A DNA stretch of 44,635 nucleotides, from IMG/VR virus record IMGVR_UViG_3300032312_000606, positions 1-44,635 of that record; one strand, 5' to 3'. This document shows, one piece after another, positions 41,771 to 44,635 of this stretch. The notes under the pieces were generated by a model, which made no database searches, was not told where the DNA came from, and saw only the letters and a program-made list of their open reading frames with translations. Source of the DNA: a virus. Lineage: Duplodnaviria > Caudoviricetes. Every line of letters begins with the position of its first letter. The stretch's first letter is position 1. The position numbers and the translations under genes were made by a program.

Positions 41771-42205
41771 TCACCTATAAGGTCGTGTTCCTGATCGGTC
41801 GATAACCAATGCCTGCCTTCTCGGCGCTATCGTCTGACTGTTTGGAATGCTGATATGCACCCATGAGTCAAACTCTTTGATGATTTGGTCGTATTGGATG
41901 TCACTGCCAACAATCGACAACATCAAGTCATCCGGCGACAGCCCAACAGCTCTGATGTCTGCGGCACAACCAAGCATGTGCTGACTGTTCTTTGATCCAC
42001 CGATTGCAGAATTGACATTCGGAGAGCGGTATCCAGAGGTAACAACAATCGGCTTGTTAACTTCAGATCTCACCTGCTCTAACAACATTGCCAACCTCTT
42101 CAGATTGGCAATTTCCTTCTCTTCTGGATCGTTGGGCCATCCTCGACGAGCCGCATACTCAGATTGCGTCATCTCTTCTAGCGTGAAGTGCGGGGATAGG
42201 TTCAT
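41771..42205 (-). CDS. Endolysin, peptidase M15A family
   Basis: LSPHFTLEE, SGYRS..N..GG..SQHM.G.AADI, WVHIS. Confidence 0.9.
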   Translation of the reverse strand: MNLSPHFTLEEMTQSEYAARRGWPNDPEEKEIANLKRLAMLLEQVRSEVNKPIVVTSGYRSPNVNSAIGGSKNSQHMLGCAADIRAVGLSPDDLMLSIVGSDIQYDQIIKEFDSWVHISIPNSQTIAPRRQALVIDRSGTRPYR

Positions 42206-42567
42206 TTTTTCCTTGAGTAGAACAGTGTGCGGTCGCCAAACAGGTAGAACCCGATAGCGGCAGCGAAGTTGTCAACCGCAGGATTTGAGACATTAGACAT
42301 GGTCATGTATGCCCAAGTCCCAAGAACAAGAATTGCTACAGACGGACGCATCAAACGGACAACTGCCTCAACCCACGGATAGGATGGGTTAGCGCCGCCA
42401 GCGTCATTCATTGCCTTGAACATCTCAAGGTCAATTTCCTTCATCTTGGCATACTGCTCAATGGTTGCAGGTTTGAACTGGTCGGGCGCAACAAAACGGT
42501 TAATAAGAGACTTGCCCAAATCAACTGCCAAAGGCCCAAGGGCCGCGAGGATAGTTATTGGATCCAT
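42202..42567 (-). CDS. Putative holin
   Basis: Hydrophobic helices, RP motif, GFYLFGDR and basic tail; adjacent to the endolysin. Confidence 0.65.
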   Translation of the reverse strand: MDPITILAALGPLAVDLGKSLINRFVAPDQFKPATIEQYAKMKEIDLEMFKAMNDAGGANPSYPWVEAVVRLMRPSVAILVLGTWAYMTMSNVSNPAVDNFAAAIGFYLFGDRTLFYSRKK

Positions 42568-42788
42568 TATTTGTCCGCCTTTCCATCTAACCTGTCAAAA
42601 ATCTTGGCCAACATCCCTTTGATGTCCGCAATGTCGTCGCGGTAGTCGTCTTTGGTGACGTAAATCAGGGGCAGCTCAGAGAGCTTGTCTTCCACTCTTA
42701 TGATGGACTTGGAGAGGCTGTTAATCATCCAGCCGCCGAAGAAACCACAAGCACCAATAAGAATGTTGATCAGGCTCTGAGAATCCAT
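42567..42788 (-). CDS. Small membrane-anchored coiled-coil protein of the lysis module
   Basis: N-terminal TM helix; YVTKDDY..LD.KADK. Confidence 0.65.
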   Translation of the reverse strand: MDSQSLINILIGACGFFGGWMINSLSKSIIRVEDKLSELPLIYVTKDDYRDDIADIKGMLAKIFDRLDGKADK

Positions 42789-42808
42789 TTCAGTTAAATC
42801 CTCTGTTT

Positions 42809-43267
42809 TTATTTTGGCGCAATCGGCCAATCAATATTCCAAGGAAAGCCTGTTTGCTTGGGAATGTCACGCAAAGCCTGTCGATAGATTGCCCATGCGT
42901 TTCGATCAACCTGCGTGTCATTCAATTGCGTCCAATCACACGAAGATAGCAATGCGTTGCGAGTCTGCCGCACCTCGGCAGCCCGCTCGGCCGTGCGAGC
43001 AGCAATCACCTCGGCGGGGGCGTCTTCAACCACCCAAACTTGCACCCACTGCCCGTCAACCAGTTGCGGCTGGCCTTCCGTAATAGTCTTGGTGTGGTCT
43101 TCTTTTGGTCGGGGAGTAGGCGCAACAGAAACCAGCCCCCACTCAGCAAGCAAGTTGCTAGTCATCTCGGCAGGGAAGGAGGTCTGCTGGTTGTCGGCTT
43201 GAAGTTGGCCAAACGAGTATGGGTATTTATCAACAGTCCCGTTGACAAGTTTAATGTACATAGTCAA
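42809..43267 (-). CDS. Tail fibre assembly chaperone-like protein
   Basis: R..RNALL..CDWTQL.D...WA.YRQALRDIP.Q.GFP..I.WP. Confidence 0.8.
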   Translation of the reverse strand: MTMYIKLVNGTVDKYPYSFGQLQADNQQTSFPAEMTSNLLAEWGLVSVAPTPRPKEDHTKTITEGQPQLVDGQWVQVWVVEDAPAEVIAARTAERAAEVRQTRNALLSSCDWTQLNDTQVDRNAWAIYRQALRDIPKQTGFPWNIDWPIAPK

Positions 43268-43270
43268 TCC

Positions 43271-43948
43271 TTATAGTGGCCTTATTGCTATTGATGCGCC
43301 CAAATTTACAGTAGAAGTACCACCCCCTCCTCCAAAAGCTGGCGGGTCATAACTTCCAGCAAAACTAACAAGTATTGAAGCAATACAAGTTCCAGAAACT
43401 GTCGAACTATTTTCAAAAAAGTTTCCCATTCCAGTTGGAACTGTTAAAGCGGAACCCCCGCTTCCTGCCTCATGTCTACCCATAGCAATTACTACAGCAT
43501 TGTTTGTAACAGTAGTAATTGATGGAGCATTTGGCGCACTCAAAGTAGTGCTATTTGTTACAGCAGCAACGTCTAATTGCGTAGCGTTTGGATACCTCCA
43601 AACATGAATACAACATCTTGGAACAACAACAACGCCAGTAGAAAAAGATATTGACGTTTCTGCGGAAGTTAAAATTTTGTAATAAGCAGCAAATTGAGCG
43701 GGGTTATTAAATAAATCAAAAATTTCCGTATATCCAGATGTTGTGCATTGAATATTTCTATCTGTTGAATTATTTATTCCAACACACGCAATTACAATAT
43801 CTCCTGCTGATGGTGAAGATGCTATGCCACCAGTTAAACCGGTTAATGAAAATGTTGGCGTACTGCTTGCGGCGACATTTAGCCCCGCACCACCAACAAA
43901 AACAAGTTTTATTTTACCGGCGGCAGCCCTATTCATGTGGTGCAACAT
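43271..43948 (-). CDS. Putative receptor-binding / tail fibre tip protein (AT-rich)
   Basis: 225 aa from MLHHM, Ser/Thr/Gly beta-rich; composition differs from the rest of the window. Confidence 0.6.
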   Translation of the reverse strand: MLHHMNRAAAGKIKLVFVGGAGLNVAASSTPTFSLTGLTGGIASSPSAGDIVIACVGINNSTDRNIQCTTSGYTEIFDLFNNPAQFAAYYKILTSAETSISFSTGVVVVPRCCIHVWRYPNATQLDVAAVTNSTTLSAPNAPSITTVTNNAVVIAMGRHEAGSGGSALTVPTGMGNFFENSSTVSGTCIASILVSFAGSYDPPAFGGGGGTSTVNLGASIAIRPL

Positions 43949-44635
43949 TACGCTACGCTCCCAACAAGCGCACCATAAACCTGAGTGCTGACTTTCCAAA
44001 ACTCAATAACTGTGAAACCCGTGGTTGCGAGAGTAGGCGCAGTACCTCCAACCCATATAACCCCGCTCGGGCCCCAAGTGGTGTCAGTCCAAGTTAACGT
44101 GTACGCCGTGCCATCGTTAACCATTAAGGTAACACTTTGACCGGCAGCAAACGATGTTGCTTTCGGGGTGCGGCTTGCACCAAGCGTGATCAACTGAATG
44201 CCGCCATTGGCTGGATTGACTTCAAACGCTGCACCATCAGTAATGGTGAATACCGTTTCTTGTGTGCCAGTAAGTGTTTTGTTTGTGAAAGTTTCAGTGC
44301 CCGCTAAAGTTGCCAGAGTGCCCGTAGTGGGCAGCGTCACCGATGTATTGCCAGTAGCAGTAAACGACTGCGTGAATGCACCAGCGTGCGTGAGATTGCC
44401 GGCAATAGTGATGGTGCTAGATCCGTTATTGACGCCAGTGCCGCCATTCGCGGACGGCAGCACACCAGTAACGCCGGTTGTCAGAGGCAGCCCGGTTGCA
44501 TTAGTGAGGGTACCCGAAGAAGGCGTGCCCAACGCTCCACCATTAACTACAAACGCGCCAGCAGTTCCAGTATTAACGCCCAGCGCAGTTACCACACCAG
44601 TACCGGTGGTGGTTGAGGTGATTGCCGTTGCCGAG
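43948..44635 (-). CDS. Tail fibre protein (5' end outside window)
   Basis: Frame is open to the window end; LGTPSSGTLTNATGLP, ANGGTG, ETFTNKTL, W.GGTAPTL motifs. Confidence 0.8.
   Translation of the reverse strand, partial: SATAITSTTTGTGVVTALGVNTGTAGAFVVNGGALGTPSSGTLTNATGLPLTTGVTGVLPSANGGTGVNNGSSTITIAGNLTHAGAFTQSFTATGNTSVTLPTTGTLATLAGTETFTNKTLTGTQETVFTITDGAAFEVNPANGGIQLITLGASRTPKATSFAAGQSVTLMVNDGTAYTLTWTDTTWGPSGVIWVGGTAPTLATTGFTVIEFWKVSTQVYGALVGSVA

Noticed and set aside
42809-44635. Diversity-generating retroelement acting on tail fibres
   Set aside because: No reverse transcriptase and no template/variable repeat pair seen in the window.
1-44635. Stop-codon reassignment, as in some tRNA-ribozyme phages
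   Set aside because: Genes are full length in code 11, all three stops are used, and the tRNA is not a suppressor.

Overview
The window is most of a GC-rich tailed-phage (Caudoviricetes) genome with podovirus-like gene content, probably infecting a proteobacterium. It is cut inside the morphogenesis operon at both ends. The gene after position 1 (probably the major capsid) and the start of the last tail-fibre gene are outside the window. Minus strand, left part: small terminase, large terminase, a 1907-aa multi-module 'polyvalent' protein, portal, GroES, scaffold-like and head genes. Centre: a tRNA(CAU) directly followed by a canonical hammerhead ribozyme, a plus-strand metallophosphoesterase, and an early/accessory region with two near-consensus sigma70 promoters, repeated leaders and UUCG hairpins. 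The centre also has a multi-TRD C5 methyltransferase with an overprinted second subunit, then RusA, a DnaB-like helicase, two DUF1376/YdaU genes with an iteron origin, a Cro-like gene, and a divergent SSB/exonuclease arm. Minus strand, right part: tail-fibre genes, lysis genes, adaptor and nozzle, and four ejection/internal virion proteins. The two most striking items are (1) the tRNA-hammerhead-structured RNA unit heading the terminase operon and (2) a recurring hydrophobic-x-x-GG-x-hydrophobic motif. That motif punctuates the 1907-aa protein exactly at module boundaries (ART-like, PcfJ-like and HhH glycosylase-like modules) and recurs before a GEFV domain in a giant virion protein, suggesting a polyprotein processing or loading system. 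All family calls come from motif recognition by eye; no database search was run.
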